Positions 1 to 13,347 of a stretch of 64,000 bases of DNA are shown here, in pieces (position 1 is the stretch's first letter; each line of letters begins with the position of its first letter). A program made the translations under genes and the position numbers. Below the pieces are notes generated by a model. That model did no database searches. It worked only from the letters and a program-made list of their open reading frames with translations, and was not told the DNA's origin. Origin of the DNA: Amphiscolops sp. MND2022 (taxonomy: Eukaryota); contig OZ076409.1 of NCBI GenBank assembly GCA_964187785.1, positions 558,001 to 622,000 of the forward strand, read 5' to 3'.

Positions 1-80
1 CGTACTTGTCGAGGAACCTGTACACGCGGGAGCTCTCCTCAAACTGGGTCACGTACAGGTGGAAGGGCTCGGGGATCTTG
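1..80 (-). CDS. TRMT10C: TRMT10C-like exon, truncated by the window edge
   Basis: Acceptor tgtttcag|C; SKIPEPFHLYVTQF resembles the Trm10C DPFHIYFCNL motif; in phase with the previous exon. Confidence 0.8.
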
Positions 81-291
81 CTGAAACAAGACAAGGGCTG
101 GGGGGTTAATTGGGTTGGGTTGGATTGGGTACGAAGTGACGAACGATTGGCTACGAACGAGCATTTCAAACGGCCAAAAGGAGACATGCAATACAACACA
201 TGGCGGCTATTCACAAGTCCGAAAATATATTTGTGTTGCACAAGTCCGAAAATAAATTTGGGCTGTACAAGTCCGAAAAATACTTATCACA

Positions 292-412
292 TTTGTTGTA
301 TGGCTCGGTCGCTTCGCTCCCTTCGCCAAGTAGCAACATTGAGGCATGGCCATATGGCACGTCTCTTCGTTCCTGCATTTAGGGTACTAGGAGTATGTGA
401 GCATAGCTGACT
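292..412 (+). repeat. Dispersed ~120-130-bp repeat (also ~5775-5907 plus; ~10424-10560 and ~25246-25353 minus)
   Basis: TGGCTCGGTCGCTTC...GAGGCATGGCCATATGGCACGTC...CATAGCTGACT is shared among the copies. Confidence 0.8.
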
Positions 413-1144
413 AGGGGAAATAGATAAATTCATTTTTCCATCTTTGAACGGACTTCGGTTCGACCCCGTCAGCCAATCAGATTGCAGAGAATTATACAGT
501 GGTAAGTATTTCTTACGCTGGGATTTCTGAAATCTTATTGGACGAGAAAATTTAATTTTATTTTTTTCGGACTTGTGACCCGACACCCAAGTTGGGTGAC
601 CCAACATTCAGCAGAGCTGCAGAGTTTAACATTTGGAGGCGTTTCAGCCGGCAGCCAATCATGGAATTGATCGGTCCACTGTAACATGTACATGTATGTA
701 TTTGCATGAGAGGAGTCAACAGAACATAAAATACAGTGTGAAACCGAGTGAATCATTGCCCAATTAAATTTCAATATGTCATCGAAGATAACGCGTGAAA
801 TAATTTTTTGTTTGAAAATACGTAAAATGGCGTGAAATTGAGAAAATACAAAAATGTAAGTTTTAGCCGAAAAACTTTTTGATTCTAATAATCAGCACCG
901 ATAGAGCTCATTTTTGCAGCCAACTGAATGAGCGTGTGGTTTTGAAAACTATATTCTGAAGTACTTGTTCTTGTAAGTCAGTTCCAAAGATTTTCAAAAT
1001 GTAAACAAAAATGCGTGAAATAGCACCAAAATTAGCGTGACACGGAAGCGTGAAATTGTGCCCGCCTAGATACAGTGTGGGTGGCGGGGGGGGGGGTATG
1101 GTATACATTTACATGGTATGTGGTGTACATGCAGCAGTACTCAC

Positions 1145-1299
1145 GAGAAGAAGGAGAGCATGACGAGTATCTGTCTGGCCATGTCCTTGACCGCGTGCTC
1201 GTTCATGAGGTGATCGTAGCCCATGTCCAGCACCACCGGCAGCCCCACTCTCGCGCCCACCCCCAGTCTGTCTCTGCCGGCATTCTTGCCCACCCGCAC
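1145..1299 (-). CDS. TRMT10C: TRMT10C-like exon (start of the SPOUT/Trm10 domain)
   Basis: LPVVLDMGYDHLMNEHAVKDMARQI resembles the Trm10C PLVFDMAYENYM...VSQL motif; acceptor gtgcag|GTG, donor TC|GTGAGT. Confidence 0.8.
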
Positions 1300-1340
1300 C
1301 TGCACCGTTGACAACGCAGTGAGCCACGTGCTGCAACGAC

Positions 1341-2497
1341 AAACAAGACGGGAACGTCTCAAGTCGGCTAAGCCATATCTAAGGCTCCAAAAGCGCAGAT
1401 TTGAAATATGCGTAGGACGTGTTCATGAAAAACTCCTAATCTCGGACCTCCGCCTCCTCCTTACAAAAACGCAATGTAGTTCGGATATAACAATTACAGT
1501 GCAAGGCAAGCTATTTTGCTGCTTGTCGTGGATTCCGGGACACGAAAATTGAGAAAAGTCGTGGAATCCAGGAAAAAATTTCCCTTTGATGTTGAGCGTG
1601 TCTTGAATTCCACGACAGTGCTTGTCCTGGATTCCACGCCAATACTGCTGCTATAATGACGCTTTTGCCGCTGCTCTCTGATTGGTCCGCTGATTTTGAG
1701 TGATCATTATTGGAAAGGCAAAAGAACTTAAATTAAATCAATTTTATATCAACGGAAATTGTTTTGATTGACACGAAAAATCCCAAAGTACGAATAGAGA
1801 TACTCAAGACTGGTACCAAAATTGCAGCATGTCATCAAATAATGGCAGATTGTGATGATCTGGCAGTTTGTTCAAAACTGGTACTAAACTTTGAAAAATA
1901 CGAATATTTGTGTAATATAATATTAATTTTGCATGATCATCATTGGAAAGGCAGATGAACTTCAATTGAATCAATTTTATATAGATGGAAATTGTTTTCA
2001 TTGACACGAAAAATCCCAAAGTACGAATAGAGATACTCATGAGATGCCGACAGTGGCTACAGCTAAGCATTTGTTACTGGAATCCACGACAAAATCCGTG
2101 GAATCTGGGACTTACGACGTAATTTGCCAATTTTCTACGGTTAGAGGTATGGTCGTGGAATCCGAGGTATTGAAAGCACAAAATTGTGCTTTGAGCAAAT
2201 TTAGCTTGCCTATGCACTCTAATGACATCAAAAGTTCGGACATAGCACTTCCCTCGGAAATCACGAGGGGTTCTTCAATAAACTCGAAGGGGGAACCCTT
2301 TCAATAAAAAAAAATCGAAAATCTCAGCGCCGAAAAAAATTGAAAGGGGGAACCTTTGCGATAACTTAGATGCGTTTCCCACGTATTCGTTTAGCTGAAC
2401 AAAATGAACAAAAATTTCGTCGCTTCGAATCTGTCTTTACAAAAAACGAGTGACTGTAATAGTGGGCTCTTTTATTAATAAAAGCGCCGACTAAAAA
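1341..2497 (-). mobile_element. DINE-1/HINE-like element, family 1 (contains a nested TIR MITE at ~1499-2213)
   Basis: Subterminal IR AGTCGGC/GCCGACT, terminal hairpin AGACG-TTCC-CGTCT then TGTT; nested TIR GTGCAAGGCAAGCTA/TAGCTTGCCTATGCAC. Confidence 0.7.
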
Positions 2498-3119
2498 CAA
2501 CAAATTCACACCCATACCAGTGCATTGTCGTATACTGAGGTTCTCTTATAACGTGTAATCGTATAATCGAAGGTTTCTCGAAGGTATATCGCATATTCGT
2601 ATAATTGGCTTCTTACAACGTATAAAGGCATGCAGCACAGATTTTTGGATCATTTTCTTCGGAAAGTGATAATTGCTTCAAAAAAGGTGATTGCAATAGC
2701 CTACTTTCCGAATCTCGTATAGCCTATCACCATGTTAGGATGCATTTCATTTGAAACTCATCATGAAATTTTCATGATTTCCAAAAACTTCTTTGGTCCG
2801 TTCTTCGAAAATCGACTCAAAATGGCTGAAAAGCGATTATTATAACCAGTATAACCAGATGTGTAATAATGTAAAGAAATTCTGGATGCATGTAATAATG
2901 GCGGCATCTTCGTATAACATGTAATATAATGCATATAACAAGTTGTGCATTTCGTATAATTGTTCGTACAATCGTACATCGTGTACAATACATCAAACTG
3001 CAGTCAATAGGTGCAAACTTGCAAGTCCCGTTTGTTGCAACCCTTCAGGAGAGAGAAGCTTCATCTTCTAGTTTTCACTTAATACGCGGCGGCGGCGGCT
3101 TCCACCATACAATACCCAC

Positions 3120-3171
3120 CCGTCCAACTTGATGTTCTTGCACCGCGGGCGGGGGGGGGGTGCAATGTAAA
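3120..3171 (-). CDS. Candidate 52-nt exon of the TRMT10C-like gene
   Basis: gttgacag|TTTAC...GACGG|GTGGGT converts phase 2 to phase 0, as needed to join the flanking exons; no homology support, and it depends on the length of a G10 run. Confidence 0.3.
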
Positions 3172-3260
3172 CTGTCAACTGGCAATGATCTGCCGCCCTT
3201 CTAACGCACAATTCCATCAACTAGAACGGAACGACTGACAACTTCTCAACGGTATAACTA

Positions 3261-3829
3261 CAGTACCCTTCTAAAATATCGCAACTCCCTCCATTGCTTA
3301 AAATTGCAAGTGTCAATTCCAAATATCTTGAAAACTGCCACAAATACAAAAGTTTTCCAGCTACAAAAGTTTCTTAGAATTTTATCTAGTTTATAAGTGT
3401 TTCTTCGAAATTTCTCGACCCATATTGAAAAAGTTAGAAAATGCAAATTTTAGAAGTACATGTATTAAAATAGGCTATAAGAATTGTATTTAGAAAACAG
3501 ATTTTTATTCGAAATCGAAAAAGTTTTCAAGTCAAATCATATCAGCATCCTCAGGAGAATTGTGCTAAAAAACTTTCAATAATTTTTTTTTCAACTTTGT
3601 GAAAATCAAGAAAAGTGCTAATTTGATGAAATTTTGTCAAAAATTACAGTTTCTAACTTTTGTAATTTTTGTCGCAGAAATTTCAAACAAACATTTTTGT
3701 AAACTAAATAAAATTCTAAGAAACTTTTGTAGCTGGGAAATTTTCCGTATTTGTGGCAGTTTTCAAGATATTTGGATTTGAAACTTGCAATTTTAAGCAA
3801 TGGAGTTGCGATATTTTAGAACGCTACTG
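3261..3829. mobile_element. Tc1/mariner-type MITE
   Basis: Long TIRs beginning CAGTA..TTCTAAAATATCGCAACTCC; TA on both flanks. Confidence 0.8.
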
Positions 3830-3912
3830 TAATGTTCAATTCCAACCCAACACTTCTTTACATGTTATTGCAATCTGGTAGAAATTAGATTGGGAACAAG
3901 CTGTATGTAATT

Positions 3913-4170
3913 AAGACGCCCGCTAAGCACCGGGATATTTTCGCTAAAAATGTAACGCATCAGCACGCGTTCGAACCCACGACCTCGTGTCTGCCAGGCA
4001 GACGCACTACCAACTGCGCTACCAAGTAACTACAATAGTCAAGTGACTAAAATAGTCAAGTGGATATTTACTAAATGGGGTAATAAAAGTGGAGTTTTGG
4101 CAGAATTTGTAAAGAAACGCAACAGAGATAATGATTTTCGTTTCCATTATATGTGGGCGGAAAATAACAA
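3913..4170 (-). mobile_element. Family 2 short element with a tRNA-like core (A and B boxes)
   Basis: Ends AAGACGCCCGCTAAGCACCGGGATATTTTC and CATTATATGTGGGCGGAA are shared with 8070-8440; core TAGCGCAGTTGG...GGTTCGAAC then T5. Confidence 0.7.
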
Positions 4171-4199
4171 GAGATGGTTAGCGCCTCAAGATTGGTAAC

Positions 4200-4447
4200 C
4201 TGAGTTCCTTTCTGTCTCTCTGCAGATGCTCCTCGCGCCTCTTGACTCGAGCTTGCTCCTCACTCTTGCGCTTCCAGTAGCTCTTGAAGAGGAACTTGAG
4301 GTAGCGGTGCGCGTCGTTTCTGGGAGGCACACACTTCTCACTCGCCGCCGCATCTGGTGTCATCCGTCCCCGCTTCTCCTCTTCAACTTTCGCCAACTCG
4401 TTCTCGGTAAGGAAGCTCACAAACAACTCAAACTCTTCCACGGAAAT
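4200..4447 (-). CDS. TRMT10C: TRMT10C-like exon 4
   Basis: Acceptor ttggcag|ATT; contains RYLKFLFKSYWKRK, resembling the KYLKYL helix of TRMT10C; donor CTCAG|GTTACC, phase 2. Confidence 0.7.
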
Positions 4448-4490
4448 CTGCCAATAACATCAACAAATAATAGAGGTGTGCGGTTTATGA

Positions 4491-5324
4491 AACAAGCCGG
4501 GACCGGCCCAAGTCAGCGCCATATCCAAGGCTCAAAAATAGCAAAAGAACTTCCAAGTGTCAATTTACAGTACTCGAAAATCGAAAAACCAAAAAAAGTG
4601 GACCGAGTGGCGCGCCGATGCCCGCTAGCGCGAGCCCCTGGCGCGCTAAAAGGGGAGGTTACTTCTGAAATTGTCAACATTTTTGTCGAAGTTGAAGGGG
4701 GGAGCCTTTGGCGAAAAAACTAATTTTCGAAAAAAAGTCTCACAATGCCGAAAAACAGAAAGGGGGACCCTTCGGGATTTTTAAACACCCATTCTGTTGT
4801 AAAATATCAAAGAACTTGAAGGGGGACCCTTTGGAGAGAAAAAACATAGAAAAAAGTCTCACAATGCCGAAAAACTGCCAGTGAAAGGGGGGTCCCTTGG
4901 AGGTTTTTCAACATCCACTCTGTCGCAAAACGTCAAAAAATGAAGGGGGAAAAATTTTTTTATTTTCGGAAAAAATCTCACAATGCCGAAAAAAAACTGA
5001 AAGGGGGGACCCTTCGGGATTTTTCAACATCCATTCTGTCGCAAAACAGCAAAAGAATTGAAGGGGTACCCTTTGGGGAAAAAATTTTCCCGGAAAAAAG
5101 TCTCGCAGTGCCGAAAAAAAATAGAAAGGTGGGGACCCTTTGGTCTCGCCCGGTATGGTATGTTACGCGGGAAAACAGGAAAACCCCTTTTTGGTTCAGT
5201 TCGCTGGGCCAAATGGTGCAATATTTTGTAGAGCTTTTAAGAACTATTTTGGTCAGTTCGTGTGGATTGAAAAAAAGAGTCACTATAATAGTCGCGTTTC
5301 ACTTCATGAAGCGCCGACTAAAAA
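4491..5324 (-). mobile_element. DINE-1/HINE-like element, family 1
   Basis: Same termini as the other copies; internal subrepeats TCTCACAATGCCGAAAAA...AAGGGGGACCC. Confidence 0.75.
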
Positions 5325-8069
5325 TTAAACTCGGTCAATGATCACTCTTATAATTGGAAAGTCGGTGAAAATCAATGAATTCAGAAAAAGTTGAAAATTG
5401 ATTAAAAGTTACCTCTGTCACTCCATACTATAAATTGAAATTTACTGATTTGATTGGTTAAAAATCCGGAAATTATTAGATATTAATATTTCAACTGAAA
5501 CGATGCTGGAAAGATTACATAGCTTCCCAAAAACAGTCAATGAAAATTGAGATTGATTCATTGACTGAAATTTTACAGCGCTGATAAAACCATTGAATTA
5601 ATCTATTGGTTTTCAATATAATATCAATTAATCGCACACCCCTAACAAATAACTGGTGCAACTTCAATTCGTCGAACATTCAAATCGGCGAAAAATGAAA
5701 AGCTATTCAATGCGTCGAAAGAATTCCATATCAGCGATTATTTTCATTTGGTTATATTTTGTGGCGATTAGCATATTTGTTGTATGGCTCGGTCGCTTCT
5801 CTCCCTCCGCCAAGTAACAATATTGAGGCATGGCCATATGGCACGTCGCTCCGCTTCGCTCCTGCATTTAGGGCACTAGGAGTATATGAACATAGCTGAC
5901 TACGTTATCGTAATTTTGAATGCTCGTGTTAATACGTGTTCGACGAATTGAAGAGTCCCCCAAATAACGAAAAGCATTGAAGAGTTGGCAAAGATTGGCA
6001 ATTGAAAATTCGGAATTGTTAAAAGTTAAATTCGAAACAAATTAGAATCCGTATTACTTGACGGATGGACAAATTCGATCACGAAACCACACCTTACTTG
6101 TTTCATTTTGAAACTTCCAGAAAAATTGTTTTATCGGGTTGAAAAAACGTTGTACCATTGATTCGGATCTTCACTTTTGACTTTAACACTTTCACTGCAA
6201 ATGCTCTCTCCTTAAGAATTTACACCACATTATTATCATAGAACGCCAAGTTTCCTACTTCTACACCCGGAAAATATAGTTCCGGTACAACTATGCCGGG
6301 AAATGCATGAAAGTGCTTCCACTTGACTCCTATAACGATGTTTTATTTTGAAAGAATTGAAAGTCAGACAAATGCATAAAAGAGGGCTTTGACATCGCTA
6401 ATTTTTTTTCGCTAATCTCTAAACCGCTAATTTCAAAACCGCTATTTCGCTGAAAAAGTTTTCGCCAAACTATCAAAGGTTTGGCATCAAGTATATTTTA
6501 AAATTGAATGAAACAATTTGGTTTTTGCGAGAAATTTTTAAAATTTGGTTTTTAGAATCTTTCATATTATGTGGGCTTTGCAAAGGTAAGGGTTGGAATT
6601 TATCAAAATAATTTCGAAACCCCGAGTAAGATTGTGAGGAATTTTTGATTTTGGATATTTCATTTCTTGCAAATAATATGAACCGCTAACGAAATCGCTG
6701 AAATGTTCCTGCGCGGCCGCTATTTTAATTAGCTAATTAGCGGCGTCAACACTCTGGCATGAAAATATGGAATAAAAGAGACGAGAGATTGTGTGTTGAC
6801 GCAATTAAGTGAGTGGTGGGTGGTATGCACTTTCAGTCGATGCAAATTCAACCGTTGCCATTTCAACCGCTCACAATTTCAACCTATTGCATTTTCAACC
6901 GTCCGCAATTTCGACCTAAACTAATTGTGGCTATTTCGTCTTAATTCGGTTGAGCTATTATTTCATAATAATTAGTATTGAATCAAACAACGTTAATTAT
7001 TGGTAATTATTCATGAAACCAAAAGGTATCAAAGCTGGTGTAAAAATTAGCACATTTAGTTTAGAAATGTATGAAAATGAAAACCACCTCAAACACAGAG
7101 GCGAAGCCGTGCTTCGCAAACACTTGCACAGAAGGTTGCGAACTTTTGAAGAAAACCAAATGAGCAAAATCATACGGAGAACCAAGTGTAAAATGACATT
7201 GTTAAAATTTCATCAATTTTACAGCGCCAAAAAATACCCGAAGGAATACGCAAGGGAATCTCGAAACCCATTCTTCCCCAACTGGAAACAGCAAAAAAAC
7301 CCATCTCTCTCAACCGGAAACATTTAAAAAAACAGAAAAATGAGGAAAAAAATTCGAAATTTTTCGAAAAATTTTTTGAAGGTCTCCGGTAAGTCGCATA
7401 GTGCCGAAAACCGTGAGCAGTCCTTTATGCTCGCAAAACGTTTCATTTCAAGTAAAAATTGAGGGGGCTTCGATGAAAACAAATTAGAAAAAAGTAGCAT
7501 AGAAAAAAACGCCGGAAAAAAAACAAAATTCGGATATAGCGTGCTGGGCCTCAGAAAGCCTAATTTTAAGACAAAAATTATTCATTTTGAAATTTCTCAC
7601 AGTGCCGAAAACTGTAAAAGGGGGCCCTTTGAGATTTTTTAACAAGGATTCTGTTGCAAAATTTCGAAAAAAAAACAAAAGAAATGAGAATTTTTAAGAG
7701 TCTCATAGTGCCGAAAAATCTGAAAGAAGGGACCCTTTGGGATTTTTTAACATTCGTTCTGTTGCAAAATATCTAAACAAATTGAAGGGAGGACCCTTTG
7801 AGGACATTAACGAACCCTCTGAGTTGAAAAGCAAGCATCTTCCCACTAGACCACGAACGCCTGAACTAATAGTATGCGACTTGCGGGCTGAAACGAGTAG
7901 TCGCGCGGAAAAAAAGCACCCGCACTTTCCCATAACACTTGCTTATCGCAAGTGTTATAATAGGATCGATTAGTCAAAATTAGTTCAGGTCGAAATTGCA
8001 GGCGGTTGAAAATGCAAAAGGTTGAAAGTGCATAGGACGAAATGTCACGAAACCAGCAACAAAGAAACA

Positions 8070-8440
8070 AACAAGACGCCCGCTAAGCACCGGGATATTT
8101 TCCGCCTTCACCAACTGAGCCATAGCTATTTTAGGAGGGGGAATAGGATTTAAAGTATAAGATCTAAAATTTAGTGATTTTAGATCTCATTCCCTTTAGA
8201 TATTATTCCCAATTTTGACTTTAGATATTATTCCCCCTCTAAGCTGTTTTAGTTACTTGACTAACTCAGTTATTACTTGACTATTTTACAGTCACTAGAA
8301 ATAGTCAAGTAATAACTAAAATAATCAAGTAACTATAGGTGAGGTCGAAGAAACTGGGAGATTTGGCAGAATTTGGAAAAAAAACGCAACACAGATGATG
8401 ATTTTCTTCCCCCATTATATGTGGGCGGAACATAACAAAG
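8070..8440 (-). mobile_element. Family 2 short element (tRNA-like core reduced to the A box)
   Basis: Same termini as 3913-4170; TGGCTCAGTTGG retained. Confidence 0.65.
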
Positions 8441-8460
8441 AAAGAAAGAAAGAAACGTGC

Positions 8461-8684
8461 CTCAGGAGGCGCCATGTCCTCGTAGGCCCTTCTGAGCACG
8501 TCCTCCAGCAGGCCCTCGACCTCTGCCAGCTGCTGCTCGTCCTTCTCCGGGTGCAGTGCTCGGTACTGGGCCAGGAAGTCCTCCAGCGGGTGGCGCACAC
8601 TCTGCGCGGGGGGCACTCTGCAGGTCACCGTCTCCGCCTCCGCCTTCTCCACCCTCAAAGACTCCTTGGCAACATCTGTGATCC
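8461..8684 (-). CDS. TRMT10C: TRMT10C-like exon 3 (followed by a GC-AG intron)
   Basis: Acceptor gtgattag|GG; high-GC3 frame ITDVAKESLRVEKAEAE...AYEDMAPPE; donor GAG|GCACGT, phase 0. Confidence 0.65.
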
Positions 8685-8763
8685 CTAATCACAACACAAG
8701 TCCCAGCTGACAACAGCAGGCAATAAAACCCCATCACGTCAACAAGAGAAGTGAATAAAGCCA

Positions 8764-9405
8764 TTTTTAGTCGGCACTTCATGAAGTGAAACGCGACTAT
8801 TATAGTGACTTTTTTCAATCCACACGAACTGACCAAAATAGTTTTTAAAAGTTCTACAAAATATTATTGCACCAAATTGCACCATTTGGCCTAGCGAACT
8901 GAACCAAAAAGGTTTTTCCTAATTTCCCGCGTAACATACCATACCGGGCGAGACCAAAGGGTCCATCCTTCAATTTTTTGCTGTTTTGCGACAGAATGCA
9001 TGTTGGAAAATCCCAAAGGGTCCCCCTTTTGTTTTTTTTCGGCATTGTGAAATTTTTTTCCGAAAATAATTTTCCCCCTTCAATTTCTTTGATATTTTAC
9101 AACAGATTGGGTGTTTAAAAATCCCAAAGGGTCCCCCCTTTCAGTTTTTCGGCATTGTGAGACTTTTCAAAAATTTGTTTCTTCTCCAAAGGGTCCACCC
9201 TTCAACTGCGACAAAAATGCTGACAATTTCGGAAGTGTCCCCCTTTTAGCGCGCCAGGGGCTCGCGCTAGTGGGCATCGGCGCGCCACTCGGTCTATTTT
9301 TTTTTGGTTTTTCGATTTTCGAGTACTGTAAATTGACACGTTGAAGTCGTTTTGCTATTTTTGAGCCTCGGATATGGCGCCGACTTGGGCCGGTCCCGGC
9401 TTGTT
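8764..9405 (+). mobile_element. DINE-1/HINE-like element, family 1
   Basis: TTTTTAGTCGGCAC...CGCGACTA (partial IR)...GGCGCCGACTT-GG-GCCG-GTCC-CGGC-TTGTT. Confidence 0.75.
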
Positions 9406-9744
9406 CCATTGAATGAAGGAAAACACAGCTTGTACTAGAATGGCTACGATCATCTCGGTGAACTAATTACCTACATAGTGCCGCCGCCTCAATGGAATAT
9501 TTATATTGTATTTTCGACTTCAAATTATAATAAATTCTTATTGCTCCGATTATTCATTCAGACCCGAAAAATTTTTAGTCCCACGATTTATTTATTCAGT
9601 AGCGGGCGGAACACACGATGTGAAGGTGCCGAAGGGACTGGACTGTCTTCAATACTGATTGGCTATAAAGTTTAGTTTCCGGAGCTATGGAGGATACGAA
9701 CCAAATCAGGCTAAATGGACTAAATAGGGATAAGTATAGATTAC

Positions 9745-9945
9745 TTTGGCACCATAATCTGTCGACTTCTGTGCTTATTTGGAAATCGACCTCGTCGTCT
9801 TGCGGTGCTTCATTGTGATTGGCGGACGAGGCATCAGAGAACGAGTGCTGCTGCTGCTGGCCAATGAGCGACGAGAGATGAATGAACTGCTCGTCTGTGT
9901 GAGTGAAGGCTGTCGGGTCGTGCAAATTACTCTTTTCGGCACCCT
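9745..9945 (-). CDS. TRMT10C: TRMT10C-like exon 2
   Basis: Acceptor tttgcacag|AG, open frame EGAEKSNLHDPTAF...DRLWCQ, donor CAAA|GTAATC; 201 nt keeps phase 1; the 3' boundary is less certain. Confidence 0.5.
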
Positions 9946-11115
9946 CTGTGCAAACAAACGACAACACAGATGATCATTCATACTTATTCCAACGAATCTA
10001 CAGTCGATCAACAATCAAAACAACGCGACGCGACTCATGCCAAAAGTAACAAAATTCATCAATTAAGAATGTTTTGAAGAATTCGCAGTTTAGAACACGT
10101 TTGAAATTACTTCGATCAGAGGTAGCAATCACAGTTTCTGACCAATTTCATTCAAATGAGCACGTTCCCGAATTTTCTAAGAGCTGAAAAAAGATTCGTC
10201 CCAAATTTCGATCGATTATCAGCCCTCGAATTTCCGGCAAGATATTGCAGACATGTTTCTAGCACAAGACTGATGAATCCAGTCAATTATCCAGTAGGTT
10301 CGGTTCTAATGGAAGGGGTCTGAGAATGGAGAACAAGGCGGCTGGCTTCCTACCCGCTTTCTATTGTATGCTCCATATCTCCTCCACATGACCAGCGTGA
10401 AATGAATTTTCGCCCCTTAATTATTATAACGTAGTCAGCTATGTTCACATATCCCTAATGCCCTAAATGCAGGAGTGAAGCGAAGGAGTCATATGGCAGG
10501 GAGACGTGCCATGTGGCCATGCCTCAATGTTGCTACTAGGCGAAGGGAGCCAACAATTATGCTAACCTCTTCAAATAAATCAAGTTCCATGCATATTGGC
10601 TGCAACAGCACTAAAAACTTGTAATTTGAATTCTGCTGTTTGAGACCTATTCTGTAAATTCGGTTGTATGAATAGTCACCAGAAATTAGATGGGTATTAC
10701 ATTATGTCTGTAGTAGTTGACTCGTCCAATTTTTTTCCGACTCCTAAAAAGTGTCCACTACGCATACATTCTGTTATCTGACAAAAAAACTTGCCACTGT
10801 ATTAGTCGGGCTTTTTTCCTTAAAAGGAAAACGCGCCGACTAAAAAGAACAAAATTCACCAGTTAGAAAAGTTTTGAATAATTCGAAGTTGACATAAACG
10901 TTTGAAATTACGTAGCATTGGCAATTTTTGACTAATTTTGTTCAAATTAGCATTTTCGCGTATTTTCAAACAGTTGAAAAATATTCTTCTCAAACTTGTT
11001 GTGTCTTTTCCATGCTATGTTCCATGATGTCTTCTCCAGATGAAAAGGACATGTACTTTTGAGGCCCCTGTGAAAGGGGGGGAGGTTGTCGGTTGGAGAG
11101 GGGAATTCTCCTAAC

Positions 11116-11524
11116 CTTGATGGAGTTGAGGAAGGGGAGAGGAGGAGGAGGCGGAGGAGGAGCATAAGTGGCGAACGGCGGCATTGACAGTTGTGGTGAG
11201 TGGATCACTGCTTCCACGGACAGAGCCTAGTAGTTTGTGCTGCTTGTTGTTGCTCCTCTGGTAGTGAACACACACACAACACCGCCGGCGGCGGGCGGAG
11301 GTAGTCATCTCAGTAGGGTTAGGGTTAGATCTGTTAGGGTTCATCATCACTGCAGCACTTGCACCACTCATCAGCCAAGTCAAGGCCGCCGCCTCCGACA
11401 CCGAACGCAAAAGGGCAGCAGCAGCAGCACCACTTCTACAAACACCGCCACTCATAACACCTGAAGATAATATCACTTGTAGTAGCAGCGGATCTCTACT
11501 CCGCCGAAACACCGCCACCGCCAT
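11116..11524 (-). CDS. TRMT10C: TRMT10C/MRPP1-like tRNA m1R9 methyltransferase, exon 1 (probable mitochondrial presequence)
   Basis: ATG at 11524 (MAVAVFRRSRDPLLL...), Arg/Ser/Ala-rich N-terminus; donor CAAG|GTTAGG, phase 1, compatible with the next exon. Confidence 0.6.
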
Positions 11525-13058
11525 GCTCAAATCGCATACACTGCATGAGACTCTCCAACCAGAGACAGTCATACCAATTTATTCAAAGTGCACACATAGC
11601 ACCATATTATGTTATATTACAATGACTGTACAAAATTTCATTTCGATCGAATCGTGTGGACAGTTTTTGAGAAAAAAGTCGAAAATGACTGTTTTTTGGC
11701 CATTTTTGCACTAATTTTGGTTGTTTCTCACATCCCAGTCATACGATTTTGATGCCTTTGCGCACGCAGTGAACCCTTTGGGTGTAGAATGACTGTGTTA
11801 GACTTCATAAAAATCCGCCAAACCATCGCACCAAAAAACAATTTCACTACAGGATTGCCGCGGGAGACGATTTCTTGATCACTGAACTGTTTGTCAATAA
11901 CGGATCAATAAAGCAGCCCAATGCATGTTTGTCTCGAAAACTTGGACTCACACCTTGAACAGTTGCTAAACACAGCATATGTAGGCACCACACACCAATT
12001 CATGTTTAAAAATAACAAAGGGCGCAGCAGAAGAACGATTAAAATACGTATGAGCGATGGAAACTTTCCTAAAGGTCCATTTCATTTGAATTTAAGACCA
12101 CAGTGCTTCAAAGATTCCTAAAAAAACATGTTTAAAAATGGCACTTGCCTGGGATCGAACCCGCGACCTACTGCCGAAAACCGCACGCGGTAACAAGTTA
12201 CATTGAAACGGAGAAATGCTGCAAAAATGGCGTGCGTCTAAATTGGAACTTCCTGTCTACATGCTGCCTCCTGTGTATAAGCTCTAACTCATACTCTAAC
12301 TACTGGGCCAACCGGTGCTGTGCTATTTGACTATTATCCTAATTATTGCATAAAAACAATGAGAAGCCACAGTAATTGTCAGTCTATATTTCACATTGCG
12401 CTCGCCCGCCGACTAAGAATGCATAGTGCATTCATCTATCGTAAAGACCGACCAAAAAGCAGTAACGAAATGGCGGTTTGGTTAGATATTATCCCTCGTT
12501 GATGATCAATTCACAAAATATTAATCGTGAGACATTTGAAGCGTGATTGAAAAATCCAAGAGAGTCTGAAAAACTAAGGTTGACATTCTCGATATTTATT
12601 CAATTTTTCCACCTGAAATTTCAAATGTTCAGTTTTTTACTCTTTTACTTACTTTCATAGTCCCTGCCTCATATACTTTTGCTTCGGTCAGATCTATCAA
12701 ATAGTGGTAAAATTTCCTTCTCTGTGAAAGTTTCAACTTTTGTAGATGCTAACACGAACACTTTTGTTGAGAAGAGGAGAAATTTATGAAGAAATTCGCT
12801 CATTTCGCGATAGACTCCTCTCCTCGACTGACCTAACTAATCACACGAAAGAAACGCCTCTGCAAAAAGGTCCAACTCAGTTCACTCTATCAAGTATCTC
12901 TCGAAGCACACTCGGTGCAATGAGGAGGGGAAGAGGTGGCGGCAGACGGAATGGTTGAATTCAGCCAGAAGTAGATCAAAAAACAAACAGATCACATTCA
13001 AACTCAATCAATCTCCTATCAAAAGAGTGAGGACAGCTGCTGTTGATCTGCTCTGTAG

Positions 13059-13301
13059 TTACTTCAGCTTCTTCTTGTCCATCTTCTTGCGGTAGAAGTC
13101 GAGTTCCTTGCCCTCCAGGATGTATCCGTCCGCTCTGCCCACCTGGCCGGGGCGGGAGCAGATGCGCGCGTAGGCCACCCCCTGCTTCATGATCTCCTTC
13201 AGCACCGGGTCTATCTTGGGCACGCGCACGTTCCTGCGTGTCCACGAGGCCAGCTTGCCGCCCTTCAGCTTCTTTGTCTTCTTCTGCACCTTTTTCTCAA
13301 C
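13059..13301 (-). CDS. RPS8: RPS8-like exon 4 (with stop codon)
   Basis: [26 protein letters not shown] is the eS8 C-terminal signature; acceptor ttttgcag|GTT. Confidence 0.92.
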   Translation of the reverse strand, partial: VEKKVQKKTKKLKGGKLASWTRRNVRVPKIDPVLKEIMKQGVAYARICSRPGQVGRADGYILEGKELDFYRKKMDKKKLK

Positions 13302-13347
13302 CTGCAAAAACCAACACACACAAAGTAGTCACCACACCACTGATATA

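Noticed and set aside
3955..4030. Functional tRNA gene
   Set aside because: A and B boxes are present, but there is no proper acceptor stem and it is embedded in a dispersed repeat; treated as tRNA-derived.
4940..5341. 133-aa ORF and similar short ORFs (6-410, 19486-19938, 24710-24934, 26316-26681)
   Set aside because: They fall within dispersed non-coding repeats, have no splice context and show no protein motifs.
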